NCBI GenBank assembly: GCA_963666315.2
Contig: CAXXHG010000002.1
Location: 1 to 19,312, forward strand
From: Candidatus Binatia bacterium
GTDB lineage: Bacteria > Desulfobacterota > Binatia > Bin18
Direction: 5' to 3'
DNA length: 19,312 nucleotides
A program made the position numbers and the translations under genes. Below, one piece after another: positions 8,476 through 16,886 of the stretch. How positions within the stretch are numbered: position 1 is the first letter of the stretch; every line of letters starts with the position of its first letter. The notes beneath the pieces are model-generated. The model had not been told where the DNA came from. It did no database searches and saw nothing but the letters and a program-made list of their open reading frames with translations.

Positions 8476-9441
8476 ATGAAAATCGATGTTCACACCCATT
8501 TCTTATCCGGGCATATCGCCCGCACGCTCGAAAAACGGAGTGACTTTCCCTACACCCGGCTGGTAGACGGCACGTATCACTTTCACTGCTGTCAGGGCCT
8601 GACCATTCCCATGCTGCCACCTTTATACGACATGCAGACCAAGCTGGCGCATATGGATGAGGCCGGTATCGACATCTCCATCCTCAGCCTTGCCGTGCCG
8701 GGTCCGGACCGGGTAGGGGGCGCTCAGGCGGATGAATTGGCCCGGATTGCGAACGATCTCCTGGCCGAACTCATTGCGGCTCACCCGGACCGTTTTTGGG
8801 GTTATGCGACTCTGGGCTTTGGGGACACCGAGGTGGCGCTCAGAGAACTCGACCGCTGTATCTCGGAGCTTCACTTTCGGGGTCTTCAACTGTATTCCAA
8901 TATCAACGACAAGCCGCTCGACTCTCCCGAGTTCCGTCCCATTTTCGCGCGTATGGCCGAGCTCGGCCGGCCCATTTTTATTCATCCCACCGTGCCTTTG
9001 AATCAGCGCTATTTGACGGACCTGGTGCCGGTGCCGGTGCTGGCGTTTATGGTTGATAATACGCTGGCCGCCATGCGTCTGGCTCTGTCCGGGATGCTGG
9101 CAGACTATGCTGACGCGCCGATCATCATTCCCCACGTTGGCGCCACCGTGCCGTATCTGATGGGTCGGCTGGACGGCATGCTGGGGGCTTTTGGTGGGGA
9201 GGATGTGGTGAAGGAGCCGAGTCGATTTCTGAAGAAACTGTATATGGATACGGTCGCCTATGAGCCGGAACCGCTCGAATGGTGTCTGTCGCTGATGGGC
9301 GCCCAGCAGCTCGTGCTGGGCACGGATCATCCCTACGGCTCCTGGCAGCGGCCCATCGAACTGGTGGAGAAGCTGGCCTGCTCCGATGACGAGCGTGAGC
9401 AGATACTACACGGCAACGTCGAACGTTTGTTTGCGGCGTGA
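8476..9441 (+). CDS. Amidohydrolase_2 family protein (ACMSD/LigW-like decarboxylase or hydratase)
   Basis: IDVHTH (HxH), PIFIHP, IPHVGATVPY, LGTDHPY; RBS GAGGAGG. Confidence 0.88.
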   Translation: MKIDVHTHFLSGHIARTLEKRSDFPYTRLVDGTYHFHCCQGLTIPMLPPLYDMQTKLAHMDEAGIDISILSLAVPGPDRVGGAQADELARIANDLLAELIAAHPDRFWGYATLGFGDTEVALRELDRCISELHFRGLQLYSNINDKPLDSPEFRPIFARMAELGRPIFIHPTVPLNQRYLTDLVPVPVLAFMVDNTLAAMRLALSGMLADYADAPIIIPHVGATVPYLMGRLDGMLGAFGGEDVVKEPSRFLKKLYMDTVAYEPEPLEWCLSLMGAQQLVLGTDHPYGSWQRPIELVEKLACSDDEREQILHGNVERLFAA

Positions 9442-9475
9442 GTAGAAGTCTCGATTGCGGTGAGGAGGCGCGTCC

Positions 9476-10132
9476 ATGCTGAGCGGTATGAAACGATTGC
9501 TGTGTCTGCGTTGGACCGTAAAAACATTCTGCGCCGTTCTGGTATTGCTCGCTTGGGAGCAGGCTGCGGGGCATGATTTCTCAGAGCCGGTCGTAGGCCC
9601 GCATGAGCGGGCCAAGGACCTGAACTCGGTCTATGGACGGTATGAAATCTATGAGGCAGTCGAGTATCGGGGCTCGTGGCAGACGACCGCAGCCGAGGCA
9701 CAGGCCCAGGTGGGACAGGAACTGATTGTGACCACCAACCTGTTTCGTTTCCTCGGTAGACGAATCGAGAACCCGACGTATACCGTGTGGTTCTATCCTG
9801 ACCCACCTGGGGAAGGAGTGGTGGTTCCTCGGAATGAGTGGTGGAGCAGCATGTATGGGTTAAGCGAGGGGCAAGCGGGCGGGGATGAAGTCATCAAAGT
9901 CTACAAGCCGGGCGGTGGCGGCCCCCAGAAGTACTTAGAGATTATCGGGACGAACGAATTATGGACAAGGTTTGACGGGTGGTACTACAAAGCACGCAAG
10001 ACGGACCGCCCGGTGCTGTCAGCGGGGCATGCAGATTATTGCCAAATCATGGGGCCGTGCAGTGCGGGGCAAGGGGACTGTGACAGCGAATGTCAAAGCG
10101 AGCTGACGTGCGTCGATGATGCATGCCAGTAA
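9476..10132 (+). CDS. Secreted hypothetical protein, copy A, with truncated Cys-rich C-terminal module
   Basis: RBS GAGGAGG; hydrophobic N-terminus ending QAAG; high similarity to 11729-12448; tail YCQIMGPCSAGQGDCDSECQSELTC. Confidence 0.75.
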   Translation: MLSGMKRLLCLRWTVKTFCAVLVLLAWEQAAGHDFSEPVVGPHERAKDLNSVYGRYEIYEAVEYRGSWQTTAAEAQAQVGQELIVTTNLFRFLGRRIENPTYTVWFYPDPPGEGVVVPRNEWWSSMYGLSEGQAGGDEVIKVYKPGGGGPQKYLEIIGTNELWTRFDGWYYKARKTDRPVLSAGHADYCQIMGPCSAGQGDCDSECQSELTCVDDACQ

Positions 10133-10190
10133 ATGACATGCAGATGACAGTGGACGACAACGAAAACATCGGGACGTTTGAGGTACGGAT

Positions 10191-10811
10191 ATGTGGAGAA
10201 TGATACGCTTCTGCGTCGTCCTGCTGCTAGTGCTCCTCGGCGGTCATGTGGGAGCGCAGGATAGTGCGGAGATCATCACCGTCACAGGCATGTATTCGAG
10301 TAGTCCGTATGGGGAGTATCAAGAGATATTGAGGCCGTGTGATTCCTCAGAAATCTGGGACATAGCGACCGACAGTCCGGCTTTCACTGCGCTCTCGCAG
10401 ACATATGAGGGACTGGATAGTGCACAGTTGTCGAAGTCTGATGCCCTCTTTGTAGAAGTGCGCGGGCGCTATACCGCCTATGAAGGGGAGTCTCACTCAG
10501 ATGGGGTCTTTGAAATCACCGAATTCGTGCGTCACAGTACGACAGCGGTGGACATTGCTGCCTGCGACCCAGAGTGCGAAGATCTTTATGGGGCGGATGC
10601 GCCCAGATGTCTGGCCCAAGTAGACGGGCAATGCGGGAGTACGCGTAATAGTTGTGTGACGGGAGACCTTTTTGACCATGATGAGGCAAATCTGGCGGAC
10701 ACAGCGACCCATTATCGCTGGGAATGCGTGGGGAGTTATGGAGGGGATAGTGTCGTCTGCACGGCACCCAAAGCCGGGCTGCGGGGGGCCGAAGCTGACG
10801 AGCCGGAATAA
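10191..10811 (+). CDS. Secreted protein with possible NlpE-C-like OB domain and Cys-rich C-terminus
   Basis: Signal peptide MWRMIRFCVVLLLVLLGGHVGA; GMYS...RPC...LSQTY...LFVEVRG pattern; tail DGQCGS...WECVGSYGG...VCTAP; RBS GAGGT. Confidence 0.7.
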   Translation: MWRMIRFCVVLLLVLLGGHVGAQDSAEIITVTGMYSSSPYGEYQEILRPCDSSEIWDIATDSPAFTALSQTYEGLDSAQLSKSDALFVEVRGRYTAYEGESHSDGVFEITEFVRHSTTAVDIAACDPECEDLYGADAPRCLAQVDGQCGSTRNSCVTGDLFDHDEANLADTATHYRWECVGSYGGDSVVCTAPKAGLRGAEADEPE

Positions 10812-10870
10812 CAACAGTTCTGTGTAGCGTGAGGACTGTGAGGGGTGGCATCTCTCTTGTCAGGTACTCC

Positions 10871-10886
10871 TTTTGTGCGTACAAAA
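10871..10886. promoter_or_regulatory. Putative toxin-antitoxin autoregulatory operator
   Basis: TTTTGTGC|GTACAAAA, a 16-bp palindrome with one mismatch, 27 nt upstream of the antitoxin ATG. Confidence 0.55.
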
Positions 10887-10913
10887 CAAAAGAAATATGC
10901 CAGGAGGACGACC

Positions 10914-11195
10914 ATGCCGACAGCAGCCGAGGCTAAACAGGAACGGTTACAAATCCGGCTTGACGCCCAGGCGAAGAGTATTTTGCAGCGGGCTGCCGGG
11001 CATCGTCATAAGACGCTCAGCCAATTCGTACTCGGCACGGCCCTGGAAGAAGCCGAGCGGATCATACGAGAGAACGAAGTCGTCACCCTGTCCGGTGCGG
11101 ATTGGCAAGTGTTTTATGACGCCCTGACCAACCCGCCTGCACCGAACGCCGCCCTCCGCAAAGCGTATGCCCGGTACCGGAAGGCCAATGGGTGA
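10914..11195 (+). CDS. DUF1778 ribbon-helix-helix antitoxin (TacA/AtaR family)
   Basis: KQERLQIRL, LSQFVL, F.DAL.NPPAPNAALRKA; ATG 10914 after AGGAGG; GTGA overlap with the toxin. Confidence 0.9.
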   Translation: MPTAAEAKQERLQIRLDAQAKSILQRAAGHRHKTLSQFVLGTALEEAERIIRENEVVTLSGADWQVFYDALTNPPAPNAALRKAYARYRKANG

Positions 11196-11710
11196 CAGTG
11201 GTGTCCGCTTGGCGCATTGCCCCGTTCAACAGCAAGGTGCATGACCGGTCCACCTTTTCTTGTGGAGCGTCAGAGCTTGATACCTACATTCGTCGGCTGG
11301 CTTCGCAGGATATGCGGCGGGACGTTGCACGGGTGTTCGTGGCGACCGGCCCTGATGCCGAGGCCGTAGTCGGCTATTACACGCTGAGCGCGGCACACTT
11401 CCGCTGCGAAGCATTGCCTGCGGACCAGGCAAAACGGCTTCCGTACTATCCGGTTCCCGGAGCGCTGTTGGGACGCCTCGCTGTCGATAGCAGCCAAGAG
11501 GGCCTAGGGTTGGGCGCGTCCCTCTTGATGGATGCGATTGACCGCGTTCACTCGGCCAGCCAGATTATTGCCGTGCAGGCGTTGGTGGTTGAGGCTCGGG
11601 ACGATTCCGCGGCCGCGTTTTATCGGAAATTCGGGTTTGGCGTATTCACTGATGACCGACGACGCTTGTTTCTCCCGATGGCAACGATCCGGCGGCTGCT
11701 TGCCGGGTAA
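11192..11710 (+). CDS. GNAT acetyltransferase toxin (TacT/AtaT family)
   Basis: HDRSTFSCG..ELD.Y, VGYYTLSA, PGALLGRLAVD, GLGLG, AFYRKFGF. Confidence 0.92.
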   Translation: MTVVSAWRIAPFNSKVHDRSTFSCGASELDTYIRRLASQDMRRDVARVFVATGPDAEAVVGYYTLSAAHFRCEALPADQAKRLPYYPVPGALLGRLAVDSSQEGLGLGASLLMDAIDRVHSASQIIAVQALVVEARDDSAAAFYRKFGFGVFTDDRRRLFLPMATIRRLLAG

Positions 11711-11728
11711 AGCAGATGAGGTGATGAC

Positions 11729-12448
11729 ATGCGACTCAAACGCTTGAGAATCGTTCTGCTGCTGTTACTACTACTCGTGGCCGGGCGGGCCGTGGGATAT
11801 GCACCGGTCCAGGAGTATACCCCGCCGTATGAAGTGACGGATAAGGACCTGAACCCGCTCTACGGGCGGTATGAGATTTATGAGGCATACAAGTATCGGG
11901 GCGGCGTTACCACGGCCGCCGAGGCCCAGGCATGGGTGGGGCAGGAACTGATTGTGACGGCCTCCTTGTTTCGATATCCCTCGGGTTTGCGGATCGAGAA
12001 TCCGACCTATACGGTGTGGTACTATCCCGACCAACCGGAAGGGGAGGTGACACCTCGTAGTCGGCGGTGGAGCAGCGCTTATTTTGGCTACCAAGGGGAA
12101 GCCCACGGGGATGAAATCATCAAAATCTATAAGCCGGGTCGCAGCGGTCCCTCGAAGTACTTAGAGATCATCGGGACGAACGAATTATGGGTCCGTCTTA
12201 GCGGGTGGTACTACAAGGCGCGCAAGACGGACCGCCCGGTGTTGTCACCGGGGCATGATGATTACTGCCAAGTCATGGGGCCGTGCAGTGCGGGGCAAGG
12301 GGACTGTGACAGCGACGCGGAATGTCAAAGCGAGCTGACATGCGTCGATGGGCGGGGAGCCAGCTACGGGTTTGCGGCGGATGTGGGCATGTGTGTGGCC
12401 GACGACCACGGCAACATTCCTGGGAGCGCCGCCTCAGACGGACAATAA
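11729..12448 (+). CDS. Secreted hypothetical protein, copy B, with full Cys-rich C-terminal module
   Basis: Signal peptide MRLKRLRIVLLLLLLLVAGRAVG; paralogue of 9476-10132; tail YCQVMGPCSAGQGDCDSDAECQSELTCVDGRGASYGFAADVGMC. Confidence 0.8.
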   Translation: MRLKRLRIVLLLLLLLVAGRAVGYAPVQEYTPPYEVTDKDLNPLYGRYEIYEAYKYRGGVTTAAEAQAWVGQELIVTASLFRYPSGLRIENPTYTVWYYPDQPEGEVTPRSRRWSSAYFGYQGEAHGDEIIKIYKPGRSGPSKYLEIIGTNELWVRLSGWYYKARKTDRPVLSPGHDDYCQVMGPCSAGQGDCDSDAECQSELTCVDGRGASYGFAADVGMCVADDHGNIPGSAASDGQ

Positions 12449-12466
12449 CAGGAGGTCGGACTCGGA

Positions 12467-12503
12467 CTTCCGCATGGGGCAATATATCTACCGCATACGG
12501 AAG
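12467..12503. other. Intergenic stem-loop
   Basis: CTTCCGCATG ... CATACGGAAG, 10-bp arms with one mismatch; no clear poly-U tail. Confidence 0.45.
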
Positions 12504-12560
12504 GTGGGACTTCACAAGCTGCTCCCGCCCCCGTACAGTTCCCCCAGACACAGGTGAAGC

Positions 12561-13353
12561 ATGAGTCCTACCATCCAGTCGCGCCGGTTGACGCTGCACG
12601 GCGTACAACTTGACGTATATGAGCAGGGACAGGGCCGCCCGATACTGGTCTTACACGGCGAAGATGGGCCGTGTCCCCAGGCCCCGTTTTTTTCTCTCCT
12701 GGCCAAGCAGGGCCGGGTGATCCTGCCGACCCATCCCGGCTTTGACCAGGCACCCGATGCGGCCGATATCGACACGGTGGATGACCTGGCCTATCTCTAT
12801 CTCGACCTGCTCGACGAGTCCGATCTCCGCGAGGTAGTCGTCATCGGCTGCTCGCTCGGTGGCTGGATAGCTGCCGAAATGGCGGTGAAGTCTACGGCTC
12901 GTCTCAGCCAACTGGTCCTGGTTGCGCCGCTCGGTATCAAGGTCGGTGACCGGGAGACGCGCGACATCCCGGATATTTTCGCCCTGCCGCCGGAAGAGGT
13001 CACCCGGCTGCAATACCACGATCCGGCTCCAGGCCGCGGTCGATTACGCCAGCCTGTCCGATCTTGAGCTCACCGCGATTGCCCGCAACCGGGAAGCGAC
13101 CGCCCTGTATGCCTGGGAGCCGTATTTCCATAATCCCAAGCTGCGCCAGCGCTTGTATCGGGTCGCTCTTCCGACGCTGCTCGTCTGGGGGGCGAGGGAT
13201 CGTTTTGTGACCCCCGACTATTATGGCACGGCCTATCGTGACGCTATTCCCGGTGCGCAGTTCACCGTCATTGACCAAGCCGGACACTGGCCGCACCTGG
13301 AACAGCCGGAAGTCTTCGCCGAGCGGGTCGGAGCGTTTCTTGCCTCAGTATAG
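12561..13353 (+). pseudogene. Alpha/beta hydrolase split by a +1 frameshift (pseudogene or sequencing error)
   Basis: LVLHG and GCSLGG nucleophile elbow in the first frame; LVWGARD and AGHWPHLE in the second. Removing one C at 13029-13030 gives HDPAQAAVDY and one continuous ORF. Confidence 0.85.
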
Positions 13354-13370
13354 ATAAAGGAGCCGTGCCC

Positions 13371-14535
13371 ATGCGCGCCTGGCATTTCAGCGAAAACGCC
13401 TATCATCTCCTGCCCGATGCGAAAGAGTACGACTCGATCCGCGTCACCCTCCCCAATCGCTACTATGACCCGAAAATCGGCGCCGACCTGTATCACCGCT
13501 TTATCGACGAATGGTTGATTGCCGAGGAACTGGGGCTCGACATCATGGTGAACGAGCACCATCAGACCGCGACCAATCTCAACCCGGCCGGCCCCGTCAT
13601 CATGGGCATCCTCGCCCGTGAAACCAAAACGGCTCGCCTGCTGATTCTCGGCAACCCGATTGCCAACCGGCGTGAGCCCGTGCGCGTGGCGGAAGAGATG
13701 GCCATGGTCGATGTCTACTCGCGCGGCCGTCTGGAGGTGGGCTTTGTGCGCGGGGTGCCGTATGAAATGTCGGCCGGCAACCATCGACCCACGCGCATGA
13801 TGGAGCGCTTCTGGGAAGCGTATGACTTGATCCTCAAGGCCTGGACGAGTCACGATGGGCCGTTCAACTGGGAAGGTAAATACTTCCATCACCGTCAGGT
13901 CAACATCTGGCCCCGACCCTATCAGGAGCCACATCCGCCCGTCTGGATCACGGCGCTCAGTCCGGGCTCTGCCCAGACGGTTGGTGAGCGCGGTAATATC
14001 GTGGCCTGCTTTTTGACCGGCTTCGATGGGTCAAAGCGGGTGTTTGACGCCTATCGTACGCGCCGGGCCGAACTCGGCCTGCCGGCTGCCGGCCTGGATC
14101 GTTTTGCCTATGCCGCCCTGGTGTATACGGGTGAGACGGATGAAGAAGGCTATGCCGGGGCGCGCAAGCTGATGTGGTACGTGGAGGCCAATAAAGTGCC
14201 GTTCCAGTTCACCAGCCCGCCGGGCTATCATCCGCCGGCCGGCCATGGCCGGGGCGATGAAAGGACCGGCCTCGGGCGTGTTCAAGATGTTCCAGAACCC
14301 GAAGCTGGAGAGCTTTATGGAACACGGGCTGGTCTTTGCCGGCAACCCGGATTCCGTCTACCGGCAGATCGTCAAGTTTTACGAACACGTGGGCGGCTTT
14401 GGTCAACTCCTGCTGATGGGCCAGGCCGGCTTCCTTGACCATCAAGAGACGGTCACAGGCATGAAACTCTTTGCTCAGGAAGTCTATCCGCGTCTGAAAG
14501 AACTTCAGCCGGCAGTTGCGCTTGCAGAAATGTAG
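13371..14535 (+). pseudogene. LLM-class flavin-dependent oxidoreductase split by a +1 frameshift (pseudogene or sequencing error)
   Basis: MVNEHH, RVAEEMAMVD..SRGRLEVGFVRG, PRPYQEPHPPVW; the C-terminus (AGNPDSV, LFAQEVYPRL) is in another frame. Removing one G at 14241-14242 joins them. ATG 13371 is well spaced from AGGAG. Confidence 0.88.
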
Positions 14536-14555
14536 TTTTGAGAAGGAGGTTGAAT

Positions 14556-14972
14556 ATGAAGGTTCCGTTTTCCGGTGGCTGTGCGTGCGGCGCTATCCGC
14601 TATAGCTGTGCCGCCGAACCGCTCTATATGGGGAATTGTCATTGCCGGGACTGCCAGCGCGCAACCGGCAGCGCCTATTTTGCGGCGGTCATCGTCAAAC
14701 AATCTGACTTTTCTCTCACGGGCGAGCTTGCCTGGTTTGAGAAGCAGGCCGACCGCGGCCACACCATGGGTCGTGGGTTCTGCCCTTCCTGTGGCTCTCC
14801 CGTCTTATTAACGAACGCCGCTACGCCAGACTTCAGGGTCCTGTACGCGGGCAGTCTTGACGATCCGAGCTGGTATCAACCCCAGCGGGATATCTATGTA
14901 GCCAGTGCCCAACCGTGGGATGTCATGCATCCGGATGTGCCAAAAGTGGACGGCATGCCGGAGTCGCTTTAA
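14556..14972 (+). CDS. GFA/CENP-V family zinc protein
   Basis: GGCACGAIRY, CHCRDCQRATG, FCPSCGSP; RBS AGGAGG. Confidence 0.92.
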   Translation: MKVPFSGGCACGAIRYSCAAEPLYMGNCHCRDCQRATGSAYFAAVIVKQSDFSLTGELAWFEKQADRGHTMGRGFCPSCGSPVLLTNAATPDFRVLYAGSLDDPSWYQPQRDIYVASAQPWDVMHPDVPKVDGMPESL

Positions 14973-15040
14973 CTCATGCCAAATTATGGGAGGCTCGAGT
15001 CGTGTCTCAGCTTCACCTTTCCCTCTGCCAGCGCAGTGCT

Positions 15041-15070
15041 CCCCTCCCTGGCCCTCCCCCTCACGGGGAC
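15041..15070 (+). repeat. Degenerate palindromic intergenic repeat (CCCTC...CCCTCCCC-n-GGGGA type)
   Basis: cccctccctggccctccccctcacggggac; TCCCC/GGGGA hairpin preceded by a pyrimidine run. Confidence 0.5.
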
Positions 15071-15095
15071 GTGTGATGCACCTTTCTTGCCCAGC

Positions 15096-15136
15096 AATCC
15101 CCCTGCGCTGCCGCGCTTCCCCCTTTGCAAAGGGAG
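15096..15136 (+). repeat. Palindromic intergenic repeat, left copy (AATCCCC...CCCCCTTTG/CAAAGGG)
   Basis: aatccccctgcgctgccgcgcttccccctttgcaaagggag; related inverted copy at 17329-17360. Confidence 0.65.
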
Positions 15137-15198
15137 CACTCTTCCTTCCTGACACAAAAGAAAACTAGTAGTCAAATTTGCATGCGCGAGGAGAAGAA

Positions 15199-16104
15199 AT
15201 GATGGCTGACTCCGATCATCGCACTTTTTCCCAGCGCTACGGGTACGAGCCTTTACCGGAACCTATGCGGCTTGAAGAACTATCAGATGATCTGAGACGA
15301 GAAGTTTGGAACACCACCCGGCAGTTCCTTAAAGCAATAAAGGGTGGGGGGTATTATTTCTCGTATGAAGTGAAACAGTTTATGGAGCACGTTTTGGGTA
15401 GAGTCTTGAAAAAACCAGAAGACGACATCAACACTGATTATGACCCAGTACATGACCTTTTCAAGCAAATACTCCTTGCCCATGATTTTAACGTAGTGCT
15501 TGACCTTATTGAAACCGTAGTAAACGAAGGCAAACAAAGAGAAATAGCCCCCCATTATAGTATCCTAGCAAATCGTATCAAGGCTGTATTTGAAAGCCAT
15601 GCTGCGGCATATCGGCTCTTTTTGGTAGGTATAGACGCGGCGCATTCCCTATTTCAATTTTTTCCACAGAGCAGCGAGGAGCAAGGAAAGGCAACGCAGC
15701 AGGCGATTAAGATAATCCATGATGGTGGCATGACAGGCGCGGCAACACATCTGCATGACGCGACGAAAAAAATCAGGGATGGAGATTTTGCGGGTTCAGT
15801 TGCGGACAGCATTCATGCCGTTGAATCTGTGGCTCGTATGATTGATCCGAAAGCAAGCAAAGAACTCGGTCCAGCGCTTACCTCCCTGACCAACGCCGGT
15901 GTCATCAGGCACGCCGCCCTCAAGAAGGCGTTTGCTAAGCTCTACGGCTATACCAGTGATGAACAGGGGATTCGTCATGCGCTTCTTGAGAAAGATTCGC
16001 CCGATGTCGATATCGACGAGGCGGTGTTCATGTTCGGGGCATGCGCGTCCTTTGCTGCCTACCTCGTGAATAAATACCAGAAAATAAACCGCAGCAGAGG
16101 GTAG
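15199..16104 (+). CDS. AbiJ-like protein (AbiJ_NTD4-type N-terminus plus HEPN-like C-terminus); candidate anti-phage defence
   Basis: FSQRYGY...ELSDDLRREVWN N-terminus; C-terminal SIHAVESV...LYGYTSDEQGIRHA; RBS GAGGAG; lower-GC 5' half. Confidence 0.75.
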   Translation: MMADSDHRTFSQRYGYEPLPEPMRLEELSDDLRREVWNTTRQFLKAIKGGGYYFSYEVKQFMEHVLGRVLKKPEDDINTDYDPVHDLFKQILLAHDFNVVLDLIETVVNEGKQREIAPHYSILANRIKAVFESHAAAYRLFLVGIDAAHSLFQFFPQSSEEQGKATQQAIKIIHDGGMTGAATHLHDATKKIRDGDFAGSVADSIHAVESVARMIDPKASKELGPALTSLTNAGVIRHAALKKAFAKLYGYTSDEQGIRHALLEKDSPDVDIDEAVFMFGACASFAAYLVNKYQKINRSRG

Positions 16105-16224
16105 GGGCAGGCCGATTTTGTTACTATTGACAGTCTATGGATATCGCCCAAAATAGACGCAGCCCCGAGAATGTTCCCGAGGCCGCGTTAAAAACAGACG
16201 GTGTGATAATCTTGAGAGGCAGTT

Positions 16225-16854
16225 ATGGCTGAACAAAAGGTAAAAAAGTGGTTCGGAACGACTGATATTAAACTCAATCTGAATCTGACAGCTGTTTGGG
16301 TTTGTGTGGCAGCCCTTATCGTTGGGATACTTATCTATCTGTTCGCAAAAGCCTCGCCTGAAAATCGTTCAGTCTATGTATTCATGGCTAGTGCTCTTGG
16401 CTTCCTTACTGGTATTATCACGTTACTCGCAAGACTGTCTCAAGGCGAACTGCATTTGGAACAGGCTAGACGCACCGCCGCGTTGGACTTTATCATTCGT
16501 TGGACGGACCCAAAGTTCGATGATACCCGTCGAAAAGGACGAGATATCTATGAGGAGCTAAAAAAGGCGCGAGAAGATAGGCCAATCAAGTCAGAAGAGG
16601 AGCTATTTGCCGAATTGCGGCGAGATAAGGAAAAATGGGCCAATTTTGTCGATGTGGCTAACTTTTTTGAAACATTAGGAATTGCATTCCACCATAAACA
16701 GGTGGATGAAAGAATAGTCAAAGATTTCTTTCGGGGAATTATTGCTGGGTACTGGAATGCGTTTAGACCTGTAATAGATAAGAGAAGAGCCGAGCAAGAA
16801 AATCCTCGGCTCCTTCAATGGTTTCAGGCCTTACACGACGAAAGCGGGAATTAG
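16225..16854 (+). CDS. Membrane-anchored DUF4760-like protein
   Basis: Two N-terminal hydrophobic helices; VANFFETLGIAFHHKQVDERIVKDFFRGII..YW...I..RR motif; RBS GAGG; low GC. Confidence 0.75.
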   Translation: MAEQKVKKWFGTTDIKLNLNLTAVWVCVAALIVGILIYLFAKASPENRSVYVFMASALGFLTGIITLLARLSQGELHLEQARRTAALDFIIRWTDPKFDDTRRKGRDIYEELKKAREDRPIKSEEELFAELRRDKEKWANFVDVANFFETLGIAFHHKQVDERIVKDFFRGIIAGYWNAFRPVIDKRRAEQENPRLLQWFQALHDESGN

Positions 16855-16886
16855 AACGCGGCGTCATCTCCTTCGTAGTAGCACAT
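16851..16886 (-). CDS. Putative 11-aa micropeptide MCYYEGDDAAF
   Basis: ATG TGC TAC TAC GAA GGA GAT GAC GCC GCG TTC TAA on the minus strand; RBS CAGGAGGGAG at 16891-16900; TTGACA at 16942-16947; stop overlaps the DUF4760-like stop (TTAG). Confidence 0.5.
   Translation of the reverse strand: MCYYEGDDAAF

Noticed and set aside
7522-8499. 325-aa minus-strand ORF
   Set aside because: Antisense shadow of the extradiol dioxygenase; no motifs, and such shadows are common in GC-rich DNA.
8623-9330. 235-aa minus-strand ORF
   Set aside because: Antisense shadow of the amidohydrolase gene.
12449-12560. AGGAGG at about 12450 suggesting a small gene, or a terminator at the hairpin
   Set aside because: No start codon at a suitable spacing and no poly-U tract.
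13233-13934. 233-aa minus-strand ORF
   Set aside because: Antisense to the LLM gene; no independent support.
13020-14250. Programmed frameshifting at the two frameshift sites
   Set aside because: No slippery heptamer or homopolymer run, and these enzyme families are not known to recode.
14808-15175. Several short ORFs across the GFA-AbiJ intergenic region
   Set aside because: Low-complexity translations of palindromic repeats.
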